A stretch of 64,000 bases of DNA from Euprymna scolopes (lineage: Eukaryota), in NCBI GenBank assembly GCA_053919585.1, contig CM132813.1; one strand, written 5' to 3'. The notes under the pieces were generated by a model. It saw nothing but the letters and a program-made list of their open reading frames with translations. It was not told where the DNA came from and did no database searches. Shown here in pieces: positions 12,517-25,659 of the stretch. A program made the position numbers and the translations under genes. The number at the start of each line of letters is the position of its first letter. The first letter of the stretch is position 1.

Positions 12517-14132
12517 TTTGTGGGAGTACCTGGCATTGCCTGGGTGTGTAGAGATGCAGTAAGGAACCCCGAGGGGGAATTAAAAAAGTGGTAGTAGGGG
12601 TGGGGAATAAAAGCAGCAGTAATCAGTTTGGGTAAAGAGAAAACAGTGCCAGTAGACATGAAGGCATAAATGCAAAGGAGGAAAAAAATTAAAATAACAT
12701 CTTAACCGGTGTCTCCGTTGCGCAACCAGGAGTAGAGAGCGTTGAAATTAAGCGTAGTCAATCCGAGGATGACTTGCTAAAATATTATCGAAAAAAGCGA
12801 CCCCCTCCTTGTATAAAACTTCCCAGTTGAGGGTGAAGGAATTAATGTTTTTAGTCAATTATTCAATATTTGTCGTATGAAGGATCGATCTTGAAAACGA
12901 TACTGATTTCGTGAGGATCCACTCATGTGGAAAGTTTTTGCGACACACACACACATTTTGCCTTTTATATATTAGACTAGCCTGAGTGCCCAGCATTGCC
13001 TGGGTGTTTTGAGGTGTGTGTAGAGCAAAAAAAAAGTGGAAGTAGGCAGGCAGGCTCAAACCCGTAACACAAAGGACTGTGAAAAAAAAAGTGACGTCTT
13101 TGCCGTTGCGTCCATCACCAAATCGGAAGTGACAAAGGTTTAAATTAAGGCTAGTCAATCGAAAAGAGAGAGGATGACTTTCAAAAATATCAGCGAAAAA
13201 AGTGACCCCTCCCTGTAGAAAAGTATCCAGTTGAGGGTGAAGGAATTAACGTTTTTAGCCAATTTTTCGATATTTGTCGTCTGAAGGTTTGAGCTTTAAA
13301 ATACCAATCTCGTGAAAATCCCTCGCCTCTGTCGAAAATTTTAGGCAGCCATACAAACATACATACATTTAAACAGAAAGGTGAGATTTATATTATAGAC
13401 TAGCGAGGGGCACCCGGCGTTGCCCGGGTGTTTGGAGGTGTGTGTGTGTGTGGGGGGGTTAAATTTAAAAAAAAAAACGCTTTGGTAGGTGAGTATGAGG
13501 ATCGAACCCTTGAGGCAAAGTTGGAAATTAAAGTGTGAAAAAAAAAAAAAGTGCGACGTTAACCATTGGGACCCCGCGACATACAACGAAGACATGTTTG
13601 AATTTATTTATTTAACTATTAAAAGCAGGTGTCCGCAATAAAAGTTAACTCTGCTGCTTCCATTTTACCTAATTAAGGTCAAATAGAAGTCACGCAGTTA
13701 ACTTTTGCTGCGAGGCAGCATTTGGGTTTGTTTACCCAAATTTGACTTTTTTTTCCCCCTCAACAGATGTTGGGGAGGGGGAAACCAGTTCCCAATTGTC
13801 CAGATTGAATAGCAATTGTCTGATATACAAGATTGATCAAAGCTGATTGTTTCTGGACGTTTCCTGGTGCGATGCCGAGAACGCAATTAGCTTTTAATTA
13901 GTTTCGCTTTTTATACAAAAAAGCCGAATCAACACGCGAGAAGCCAAAATAGCAATAATTTTGTAAAAGTCGCCGTAAATACGTGTTCTCAAATCCTAGA
14001 TATTATTATCTACAGCCTATATGAACACTTCTAAGCGATCATAACCCCCCTGGGAGCGTGTGTGAGAAAAGCCTTTGCGAGACATGCACGAAATGGTCAC
14101 ACACATTTTGCCTTTTATATATATATAGAAGA
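12517..14132 (-). mobile_element. Three head-to-tail non-autonomous Helitrons (12517-12976, 12977-13399, 13400-14132)
   Basis: Each has a 5' TC+TATA-rich start and a 3' CCC(A/G)GGCAA(C/T)GC(C/T)(A/G)GG-type hairpin on the minus strand. Junctions CTAG|TCTA at 12977/12976 and 13400/13399. The CTAG at 12517 is degenerate. Confidence 0.85.
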
Positions 14133-15310
14133 TGAGACTAGTATAATAATAGTTTGAAGTTCTTTTCTTAGGTTTTTTGACTGTGGGAGTTAAATCAATT
14201 TTTATAGGAGTATATATTTATGAGAAAAGAATCAATTTCACCTAACCTTACTCTTATAACAACAATCACTTATTAACAGTAGAACTGCGAAAAAATGAAC
14301 AGATCTATATTGAGAAGTTTTGATAAATTCTCAGGTAAATAGTCGATTTTGTTGACCTTTTATTGAAGAGACTAATTATTCTATGATCTTGAAACATTGA
14401 AAGCTTCTCATTGGTATTATGAACTTTTTAGCATTGACATTTCTTGCATCTCTATGTATGTTAGTAAAAAAAGATGCTCAAGTGTCTGCTTGTCTCTTTA
14501 AAATGTGACTTTTGTAGAATCTCTGTGTGAATTATTCATAGATTATTGCAAGGTGAAGTCTGTGCTGCATTAAAACAAAAACTAATTTTACTTACCTGAA
14601 CATTTTACTACAGTTTTCATAGTCTTTTTTATCGCATTAGGGATGAAAGATTTGAGGATTTGATGTAGTTTGTAGTGCATAAGGTGTTGGTCATTCTTGT
14701 AATTTAGCCGTCTGCACAAGAGACATGAAAATCTGCACCGTCTTCAATGGGAAGATTCAACCTGCACATCGCACTGTCTCCATATCCTTTGAGGGGCACT
14801 GTGAAGCTGGACATGAGAATTCAACCCTTTGCAAAGATAAGAGACTAGAAAAAGCAGCCTGGAGCAGTCCTTGTAAGACTGGCTGGTTATAATGGACTGT
14901 TATTCTGTATCTGTTTGTACAACCCTAGCAAATGCTTTCTGGGACACTTTCTTCATGATTTCCCGAGACCTCATTGCCAATTTGCATTTCTCTGTATGGA
15001 GTAAAAAGCAATTATGATATTTATGTAGCAAATATATATGAGGAATCTTTGTTTTTTATTATTGATCATATCAAAATTATATTTGTTATAAATTTGATTG
15101 AAAAATAAGTCTGAAGCTATTAAAACAAAAATATGCAAATTCTTACATCTTGAATAGCTCCTGTTGCTGATGCTTCAGTCAATAAGATTTTCATCATGGA
15201 ACAGTGTTAAGTGATTTTTCAAAGAATTTATAGTTTTATTCACTATCGTAAAGAAGGAAATTGTCATATTGAAATTGTTCTTTCTGATAATCACAATGAT
15301 TTGCTATAGC

Positions 15311-15344
<34 letters not shown>

Positions 15345-15849
15345 ATACTTTTTTTATCTAAAAAATATTTTTAGATACATCATGACTTCTCTGATAGACT
15401 TTTCTGTCAATCATTTTTTATACATCAGTTTAATATAGCATTCCCACTTTTTCTTACTCAAATGTTAGTTTGATTTGATGTAGCAAGAGTTATACCTTTT
15501 TTGGTATAAATTATGACTTAAAAAAAAAAAATGAGCCTTTTGGGAATGACAATCCAATCTCCTGCTGTTGATTTGACAAAAGCAACATTAGTGACTTTAT
15601 TAATATACAAAAAAATTTTCCTGATTTATATTTTTAAATACAGTCACTTTTATTTTTATTTTTTTTTAATTCTGTTATGCTTAAGAATCTCTGTTTATTT
15701 GCCTTCCCACACAAGCAGTTAGAGACGGTCGGTTTTAGTATGGAGAAAATTCAGCTCTCCCACTGGTCACTTTGAATTGGAACAAAAATATAAAAAGTAC
15801 TTCAGTCTAGAACTGACTGAGGACAACATAGATTAGTATATTATCAGAA

Positions 15850-16870
15850 CTAGCAAGCCGTCCGATGTTGCCTAGTCATGAAATACTCAAATATGATATT
15901 TTGATTAATGCAAATTTCATATTTATTATATTGGATCCAATATATAGTAATGATTTAAAAAGTTAAAAAAAAACAAAAAAACTCATGAGCTACCACCGAG
16001 AACCAAAACGTTTAGCTTACAATTTACGTTTTTCTTTGGCTTTAATGCCTTAACTATGAAAACATGTTTGCTGCAAGACTAAAAATTAAAATATGAATAG
16101 ATATTACTAATTGTCTGTATTTTTGAGATGGTGTTTTCATTTATTGAGATTGTCGGACTGACTTCCTCATCTTGGTTCTTATACTCACAACGTTTCAGCC
16201 GTTTTGCCCTCCGGCCTTCATCAAGTGTTTTGTATTGAACTGGGTAACATTCAAAACAGAGAATCAGCAACTATGTCCCAGAGCCTAGCTGGAGTATGAA
16301 CACGGTACCCCCGTAATAATAATAAAGGGTTGTGTTCGAGACTCCTAACAAACGGTTCCCCAGTTCGATACAAAACACCTAATGAAAGCCGGAGGGCAAA
16401 ACGGCCGAAACGTTGTGACTACATCAACCAAGATGAGGAAGTCAGTCCGACAATCTCAATAAATAGATATTACGTTAGGCATGCATATTCATAATGCCAT
16501 TGTTTGACCTTCATCTGGCAAATTCCATTCTTTTCATTTCCACATATTTGTGCCGATTTTCCCCGGCTAAAACCGAAATATAAAGTTTTGCATGGGTTCG
16601 AATACCTTATGCATTAAGTTTAATGTCTGTAGACCAAAAACTGACAGGAGTTTGGTAGGCAAAATTTTTAAAACATTTATATATGCGCATACATAAATAT
16701 ATATAGAAAGAGGTTTGTGTTTGCTATAAGTTTTAACGCAAATATTATGCAATGCATGAATATAATTACACATAATAGTTAACTAAAGATGATCATCCCA
16801 TAAAAAAAACTGAAAAAACCAATAAGGAATTAAAATGAATGTTTAAGAGAATATGCAAATTAGCTACATT
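15850..16870 (-). mobile_element. Helitron-like non-autonomous repeat
   Basis: CTAG at 15850 followed by sequence similar to the 59467 terminus. Body is an inverted homologue of 61890-62492. Interrupted by the foldback at 16140-16464. Confidence 0.6.
16140..16464. mobile_element. Penelope-like terminal-repeat foldback with hammerhead-like core
   Basis: ~105-bp inverted arms (16140-16244 / 16359-16464). Arm consensus CAC-CTGATGA-A-GGCCG..CGGCC-GAAAC-GTT-GTG. Confidence 0.7.
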
Positions 16871-16984
16871 TTTTGCAGAAAAATGTAATTCTACGACCCA
16901 TATATATGGGTCATGGAATTACATTTTTCTGCAAAAAATATGGGTCGTGGAATTACATTTTTCTGCAAAAAAATGTGGCTAATT
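16858..16984. repeat. Palindrome with duplicated arm
   Basis: ~46-nt arm followed by two tandem inverted copies, centred on CCCATATATATGGG. Confidence 0.9.
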
Positions 16985-18956
16985 CCCCCCCCCCCCTGGA
17001 AAAAATCTATTGATATAAGTGTATCCGTTTGTTACTAACCACTAATCTAAAAAAAAAAAAAAAATTTCATAACTGTTTGTTTGAAATTTTCCTAATCGAA
17101 TAGAAGCATTTTTGATATACTTAATATAAAAATATTACAATAAACACATATTACATTGATAATTGTTAAATGACTGAGGTTGGGGATAACTGGTGTACAG
17201 GTAAAAGGAAAATCTGCATCCAGGCCACTTTATTATTATAGATATGACACGCTTATCTGTGGAGTATTTTATAGTCATTTTGTAAACCCCTTGCTAACAA
17301 TGGCTTTATACAAAGGATTGCATGTTTCTTGTTTTTACACCTTTCAATTCATCATACCTCTTGTACTTGTGACAGAATTCGCCCAGTGCGGGTTGAGCCG
17401 ACTCCAAGTAAATTCGCTGCAATCACGAATTAAAGCAGTGCATATCTCAGGCATTCGCAATTCCATCACCGCATACCGAAAACACCAGAGCCAGTCATAG
17501 CTTCCAAGTAAACTTTGGTGGTTGCAAATCATGTCTTCAGTTGACCACCTTCTTACCCCATTCCTATAAATCAAGCCAAACGGAGTGCCCAGCCATTAGA
17601 GCTTCCTGATAAGTCCTTCCTCAAGTTTAGGAAGCTTAGATTGTGTGTGTATTCTGGCGTTTGGAACATGATCAGAGATACAAATCCTGAGAACATGCCA
17701 AAAACACCACTGATCAAAGACTTCCAGTCACAGGGGCCAGGTTTTTTCCCTGTAGAGAAGGATCATGTGAACAGAAACTTGGTATTTTGAATGTCTCTTG
17801 CAGTTTGACTATGTGCAGTATGCCACCTTCATAACATGCCAAGAATATCACAGGCACTAGGGAACATGGTAAATCAAGACCTGACTTGAGTGTGTAAAAA
17901 GTGATGTCCTTTGGATTGATATCAGTCATGGAAAGCAGGTGTGAGATGTTTGCTGGTATTACCCACACTACAGTTCAGGTCACTCGCAGCATCTTAAATA
18001 CCAAAACTGGACAATGATTCTTTTATGAAGTTGGATTGTTAGTCACACTTTCAAGAACTAGTGAACTGTGTGATTGAGTTATGAAATTGACTCTATCATG
18101 TTCAGTTGCAAAAGGTATGAACCCATAATTTTAACCAACCATATATGATAAAAACTTCTATTTAGTGTATACAATGAATCCTTTATAAATATGTATTGCT
18201 TCGGCATTAAATGACCCCAAAACTTGTTGATATGCTGTAAAATTATAAAATCAAACCAAGAACTAGTGTTTTTTAAGAGTTATAACTGCCATACCAATGT
18301 TTGCCTATCTTACTATTTCATTAATCACTGAATAAAGGTTAGATTAATCTTTTTCCAATGGAATTAGTGCAAGTGAACACTACTGTTCATCTTGAACTTT
18401 GCATGCTGACTCTTGAGACAGTCAGATTTTATCAATAACTATTTTACAATGCATTTTATGTGTAGAAAGCTTTCTTTAATTTTCTTTCCTCAATCAAGTT
18501 TTCAAGTTTAGAATATTTGCAAGGGTTTGCAAACTAACTCTTTAATTATTTTCAGTTGATTCCCAACTGTGAGGAAAAGAATTAGAATTGTCAATTTTTT
18601 TTTTTTTAACAAGTCACGAGTAGAGTTTTCTATCATTAAGCAAGATTACTTTTTAGGACTTAATTTTTGTCCGATGACTATGATGCCTTATCTTGATATA
18701 TTAAAAAAAATGTTATCATTGCTTGTTGACCTTATTCTCCACATTTGATTTGTAATAAGTAGATAAAATAGTTTTCAGTTTATCCTAGAAATGAAATTAA
18801 GTTTCAAATTTCATTTAAGATTGTGTGTTTTAGCCCATCTTGAAACACAATTATCAGTCTGACTTTCTAATATTAAAGCTAATCTTTTTGCATTTCAATC
18901 ATTGTTGTTGAAAACTAAATTTTTATATTGTCAATTTTATCAAATCTTATGTGCAG

Positions 18957-21614
18957 ACGAGGTGCCTTCAATAAGTTTCTAGACTTATTTCGTATATGCA
19001 CTTTTATTGATGGTACACACATGAAACTCGAGTTCCCTTCAAAGTAATCTCCACCGAATACAATGCATTTGTTGTACTGTTCCAACAATTTTTGGAAGGC
19101 GCTATGAAAGTCTTGTGTGAGTGCGTCAATGACCCTTATCACAGCCTCTTTCATCTCAATTGTTTCATAATGACAGCCTCTAAGGTTTTCCTTGAGCTTA
19201 GGGAATAACCAGAAGTTACAGGACCATAGGGTGAGTGGGGAAGTCTTGATGTCCATCTTGTCAAATAGTCTGTGATGAAGATGGAGTTGTGGACTGATGC
19301 ATTGTTCTGGTGAAAATGTCACTGTCCTGATTTGGAAAGAGATGGGCTCTTCCAATGGAATCTTTTCCTGAACTTCCTTAAAATCCCAACATAGTATTTC
19401 TTATCGACTGTCTGTCCAGTGGGAACTCAGTGCATGTAGATCATGCCCGTACTGTCAAAAAAGGGAACATAAGTGTCTGAGTGGATTTGTTCTGTCTGGC
19501 TTTTTTGGGTCTGGGAGAACTAGCAACATTCCACTCTGAACTCTCTTAATCTTCCTTGCATTTTGGGCTCATTGGAAGCCTATTTGTCTTCACGTTTTTG
19601 TTTACTGCAGTCCTACAGTTTTGCTCTGATTTGGTTTCCGGTTACCCACTGCTTCCTACTATTTGTAGCAAAACCTGGGAGGCACAAAGTTGGGTCTTCA
19701 ATGATGTCCCTCCTTTGGAAGTATTGTTTCTCTATTCCTTTTTCCATGTTTCAACTGGGTTGAAATTTTCGATTTTATGAGTTGTAAAAAGGCTTTCAAG
19801 ATTTGAGTATTTGAGACATCTTTTAAAATTTGTTGGATTGGTAAGTCCCTGGTGTCCTCAACATTTTAAATCCATTTTTGAGTTGCCTTTTCCCTCCTTC
19901 TGTGAAGTTGTGCGATTGAGCTTGCTACTGGTAGCCATTGTGTTGGAGTTGACTTCAGACATCCTGAGGTAATGTGCATGGTTTCTCAGTTTTTTGTCAA
20001 TTGATCTTGTGTGTTGGCTCCAAAACCATGCTGGAGCTGCAGTATTCTGCAGTACTATAGCAGTGTGATGACTGCTACTGTTCTGAGGACTCTTTGGAAA
20101 GCTCCTCATCATCTTCTGGCTACTTTCTTTTGAAGGTTGTTTCTTTTGGCCATCTTATTTGCACATTCTCTAAGGTGCATCTTATAGGATAGCGTTCTAT
20201 CAAGGGTGATTCCCATGTACTTGAGGAATTAATTAGGGGGGGGGCTGCTTCATCAGCTTTAACCTGGAGGTTTCGTCTGGTCTCGTGTTTGCTGAGCTGG
20301 AGGACTGGTGTAGTTGTCTTTTTGGTGTTCATCATTAAGTATCACTTGTCAAAGGTTTTCATAAGGATGGTATCCTCAGTCAGCATCTTTTCCAGTTCCT
20401 CTCAGCTCTTTGAGTGATGAGCTAGTATCTCGTAGGCTACGCATTCTAACTCTACTGAGGTAGTTGTGGGCATGTCGCTGATGTAGATGTTAGGGTGTTG
20501 GTGCAAGTACTGAGCCTAGGGAGGACTCCATTTTTTATTTTTCTCGTCTTGCTCATCTTATCTTCTTTCAGAATGACATGCTATTGTCTGGTTCCCATCA
20601 TTTTTGCAAGTAAATGTAATGACTTTCTGCAAAGAATAGCCACTGCGAGTTTGAACATAAGTAGTCTTGTCCAAATGGTGTTGTATGCCGCAGGAAGGTT
20701 GATGAGGACTGCTTCGGTTTTCATTGCCCACTATGTATGATGTTAGGGCAATAACTTGTTCTGCAGTATTTCTCATCTGCCTGAAGCCTGCTTGTTCTTT
20801 TGGGATGTGTGGGTCCAGCAAGGGAGGCAGTCTGGTGAGGGTGATTCTGTCTAGTAGTTTGTAGAGGCAGCATAGCAGGGAGATAGGTCTGTAGCTTGCT
20901 GGATGACTATTTGATTTTCTGGGCTTGAGAATTGCTGTTGCTTTAGCTTGTCTCCAGTGATGGGCTTATCTGCTGTGTCAATGATGTTTGTCATTGCGTC
21001 AGCGAGCCATGGTGAGTGATCATATCTGGGAAAATCCTGTCAACATTTTGCCATTTTGTATGTTGCTGATTGCTTTTTTTCTGCGGGTGTTATGGGTGCA
21101 GCCAGAGTATGATTCTCCGCTGGTGCACTTATTTTTCTATAGACACAAAACAATCCTTATCCATGAAATTCTTTATTTGGCCAATCAACTCTGGTGTTCT
21201 GACTTCCTTATTCGTCCCACACCTCTCATCATCCCTCACAGACAACCTGCGTTCCTTGAATCTCTTATGTTATTCAAAAACTGATGCTCGATTCATGCAA
21301 GATAATCCAGAAGCAGTCTGAAGCATTCTATACATGTCATTTTTCCAAGTTTAAAACAGAATTGTTTTGCATATCATTATTCTAAAGTATCCTCGCATCC
21401 AGATTGCATATTCGAAATTCATCAGTTGTGACAATCTGGCTTTAGTAGGGTGTATTCCAATTTCTGCCTGTAGCTGTTCATTTGGACATGAAATCATAAA
21501 AATTGGTCAGTCATCTCATAGTATGTGTAGCAATAACATACTTAATTTTCATGAGTCTATGACAATTTTAAATTCCTGTACAAAAAGTTTGGAAACTTAT
21601 TGAAGACACCCCAT
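18957..21614 (-). mobile_element. Mariner transposon, decayed, split by a LINE insertion
   Basis: TIRs ACGAGGTGCCTTCAATAAGTTTCTAGACTT / AAGTTTGGAAACTTATTGAAGACACCCCAT. Transposase C-terminus CNFWLFPKLKENLRG..YNKCI..GGDYFEG. Homologous to 36683-38410. Confidence 0.92.
19557..21090 (-). mobile_element. RTEX-like LINE fragment nested in mariner
   Basis: IPKEQAGFR..TAEQVIALTSYI (20558-20821), YRPISLLC ~20870-20895 and C-terminal DPTLCLPGF..RKQWVT. Confidence 0.75.
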
Positions 21615-23697
21615 ATTTTAATACTTAAAATTTAAATAAATAACATTCACATAAGTTTAATTTAAATAAATAACATTCACATAAGTTCTTTTATTAGTAA
21701 AAGAACGTATGTGAATGTTATTTAAAAGTTTATCTTGATTTTGGCCGTTTAATCTATATAAATATGACTGATTATGTTTGTGTATTTGTGAAATTTCACA
21801 TTTAATTTTGGGATATGTTATATCCTATATATTATGTTCAGAAATTAAACATTGAATTTTTCCAAAGTAAAAGTGGCATTGCTATGTTAATTGGCCAAAA
21901 GTAATAATATTGGACTGCATAAAATGCTCTCTTATGTTTCTTATTGTTATTTATCTTTCTGTCTTGTTTAAACAACTTATAGCACTAATAAATGACCCTG
22001 TATTTGACCTTATTTCCGAAATGGACTATTTAAAGATGAGTGGTTTTACTGAAAAACTGATTTTCCAGTTTTACTTGGCAAGTTTTAATAAAATTTTTAT
22101 CAACATTAAATCTATTAGACAGAATAGGGATTGAACAAAAAATGCGTTTTATATAATTGGAAATAAATCTTACATTTTAGCATAGAACATTTCTAATGAA
22201 AAAGAAAATGCATGACATTGTGTCTTATGGAAAATCTATTTGTTTTTGTGAATTTTTTTTATCTGTTGATACTGTGGTGTCTAAGGGTTAAGAAATATTC
22301 TACCCCCCCCCCATCTCCCACATTCAGAACCTGGTTTTGCTTTTGTATGGCAGCAAGTAAATGAGGAACACACATGAATAGATATTGTAATAATTTATGG
22401 ACGATATCTTATTTTACCAACTGTTAAAACATGGTATTTATTTACAGTGGATAACTTCTGTGAAAGTTTCATTATTAAACTTTAGTCAAAATTATTGACC
22501 TTTATGCACCAGATGACAGAATTTGGAACAATCAAAAATGGTAGAAGTTTAAAAAAAAATAACACAAATATTTTGTTCTTTTTTACAGAACAAAACAAAT
22601 CTTTTTACATAACATTGCAAATGGCATATTTGCAAACAATGTTTTAGATTTTCATTGAACATTTTCTGTATTTTTCGTTTTGTTCAACATCTCGTAGTCC
22701 AGAATGAAAGAAAAACAAAACTCTGGATGTCTGCTATAATATTAGTTTTCCAGTGTCTTAAAAATTTATTGTGACCAAATATTAAACTTACATAACACTG
22801 TATGTGTGTATGCTTTTTTGTCTACTTTTATCGCAAGAATTATGTTAGATCTTTGGATTATCTGAAATACAAATAAGGGTGACAATAGAAACAAATTTCA
22901 ACTTGTATTTTCTCTCATATAACTTTTTTATTTTAAAAAATTATTTCATAAAAAACATCAAAAGATTGCGCAATTAATTATCAAGTTTCAACCTCTTATC
23001 AATTGTTTTCTGCTGTTTAGGTACCCCCCCCCTCACACGCGCAAACAATGTACAAAATAAGAAGGTTAAAGAATTCTAAAAGAATGAAATTTTGTTCATA
23101 AAATCTTTCCTTGCTATTGATTTAACTGTTGAAAATGATCATAGAAGATGGGATGTCAACAGTTAACTCCTTAAATAAAAATACTTGTATCAACAATACA
23201 TTTAAATCAAAATTACTACTAACAATCGGCAATTTTATTTTATTTGCAGCACCCACCCCCCTCTTTGCTTTTATTTAGTTTTTTTAAGATAATGAAATTT
23301 TTGTTACTAACATGGCCTATATAGACAGTGCTGACATGAAGAGTTCAAGTATCTACCTACATACAAACCTCAAACTTCTTTGGAGTCCATTCTTTTTCAT
23401 TTTCAATAATTTTAGTATTTTATTACAGTTAAAGAGTCACTGTCATTTGTCTTATTATAATGAAACTTAAAAGGTGACAAAAATTAGTGAATTCAAGCCT
23501 CCCGGTCTTGCAATTTGAATATAGGTAGCACTTATCCCATATATAGATAGCTTGTCTGTATGTAATAGATATATTATTTTTAGTAATTATCCATGGACAC
23601 ATGCTCGTTTTCTGCTTACAGCTCCTCAACATGGTTGTACTTTTGAGAAGATTTGAAACCTAAATCAGTTGCTGTAATTCAGTGCTCTTACCTTAAT

Positions 23698-24372
23698 GAG
23701 GGTTCGCAGTCTTGGAAAGTTCTTGAATTTTGTCTTTTGCCTTGAAAAGGACTTATTTCTATTATCACCTTGAAAAATCCTTCAAAATATGGAAAATGTC
23801 TTGAAAATGCTTTGAAATTCGTATTCTTTATGTACAGTAAAAAATTTGTAAAAATATTGAAAATAAACTTGAAATAAATACTATTAGATTATTTTTTAAG
23901 GATTAATAAAAATACTATTAACCTTTTTTAAATATTGAAAATAAAATGGAAATACATTTTTTTGAAAGTACATTGTATAGTAATACAATACGTTATAAGT
24001 TATGGATACCTTTATGTCTTGTGTTTTCCAAATAACATCTGGTAATTTCGTGATAAAGAGACGTAACTCTTATATGTACAATACTGGAAACTTAAAAGTA
24101 AAATGAAAACAGTATAGACCAATCTACAATTGGAAAAATAACATTCAATTGCACTTGGTTGTCCAAATATAAGTGGGTCAGGGAATGTAGATATGATTTT
24201 CAGCAGACATATTGTTTTGTATGTAAATGAAAAGGACTTTTCCTGTTGTCAATTAAGTTTTTTGGGTTTTTTTATATCATTGTTTAGATATCAAATTTGG
24301 TTTTTAAAATTTGAATTTTGTCTGGAGAAAACCTAGAAAAACTTTGACAAGTTTTGAAAATCTGTACAAACC

Positions 24373-24375
<3 letters not shown>
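23698..24375. mobile_element. hAT-like MITE (degenerate)
   Basis: Imperfect TIRs GAGGGTTCGCAG / CTGTACAAACCCTG and repeated subterminal CTTGAAA motifs. No TSD visible. Confidence 0.45.
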
Positions 24376-24413
<38 letters not shown>

Positions 24414-25104
24414 ATGAAAGAGATATATAGTAATAATATATTAAATTTCTTTCAATCTAGCTTCATGCATTTTTTTTATATTATCATCTGTGAATTTGAG
24501 ATAATGGAAAAAATCAGTTTGTTTCAGTTATATTTAACAGGATAAAACCATGTTTCAAGTGCTTTCTTCCTTTTTGAGATCCTGTTGAAAACACAAAGGA
24601 CCAACTAATAAAACTGTTTTCATTTGGTGGGAGTTGTGGCCTTTTCACATTTGGAATAAAATTTACTTATAAGTACATTTCTTGTTCATACCCGACTTTC
24701 TTAGAAACCTTGTAATCTGGACTCACACAAAGTATTTACCATTTTTATTTTTTAAAGCCTAGCCTAGTGTCAGATTTTCAGCTAGTAACTCCCCATCTCT
24801 GCTTAAAACTTTATGAACAAAATGTTTGTGTTATTAAATCAATCTATTACTTGAGGCTGTAATTGCCCCAAATGACCTCATTGTTCAGATTAATTGCTAC
24901 TTGCATTTGACAACCAAGTTTAAACTTTTTTTCACTGTATTGATGAAACTCGCATTTAATAGATTTGCAAAGAACTTCACCATTTATTGAGAGGACTGAG
25001 AGTAGGTAATGATTTGTTTTTGGCCAATAATCTCTGTTGCATTAAAGAAGACAGCATAAACATAAAAATTTAAAAAAGACAAAGCGATTTTGTCTCTCCT
25101 TTAG

Positions 25105-25137
25105 GCATGTAAGCATAAAAGAGACCACTTTTTGTGG
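25105..25137 (+). CDS. Candidate 33-nt micro-exon of unidentified host gene
   Basis: Acceptor ttttgtctctcctttAG and donor GG|GTAAGT. Open as ACKHKRDHFLW or (x)HVSIKETTFC(G). Lies in non-repeat sequence. Confidence 0.4.
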
Positions 25138-25174
25138 GTAAGTGAAAGCTTTTTTCATTTTTTTCTTATATTTT

Positions 25175-25392
25175 TACAAGGAAGTGGAAGCCACTCGGGG
25201 ATAAAGATTATTGCGTGTACAGTAATCAATGGGATATCGTCATAGTAATCGCTAGTAATGGAGATCTGATAAAGTGCCTGACTTAAGGGGGAGGTTCAAC
25301 AGGAACTTGTCTATATTGGACTTGAAGACATCCAAGTTGTAGTCAGGTGGGAAACAGGCAAACAGAAGAGAAAGTCTAAACAAGCACCCAGG
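25175..25392 (-). mobile_element. CR1-group LINE 3' fragment
   Basis: Homologous to 34320-34505. Confidence 0.75.
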
Positions 25393-25659
25393 TATTTTTT
25401 ATTTAGACCTTTCCTATGGAACATGTTTGATGTCATTCTTTTAGATGAAGTGGTTAATCATCTTAAATTTTCCGAAGATTCAAGGAAGATTTTGTTAATT
25501 GTTTTCTATGACTACATTTTACTTTCTCATTCGATATTCCTTGTTACAAACTTGTTGGTTCCAAATTTCAATCTTCTGGTACAACAGGCTCAGTATTTGA
25601 GACTTTATTTTTATACTGCTTCTGCTTGATGTGTTCAACTATTGGTTTGATGAGGATTT

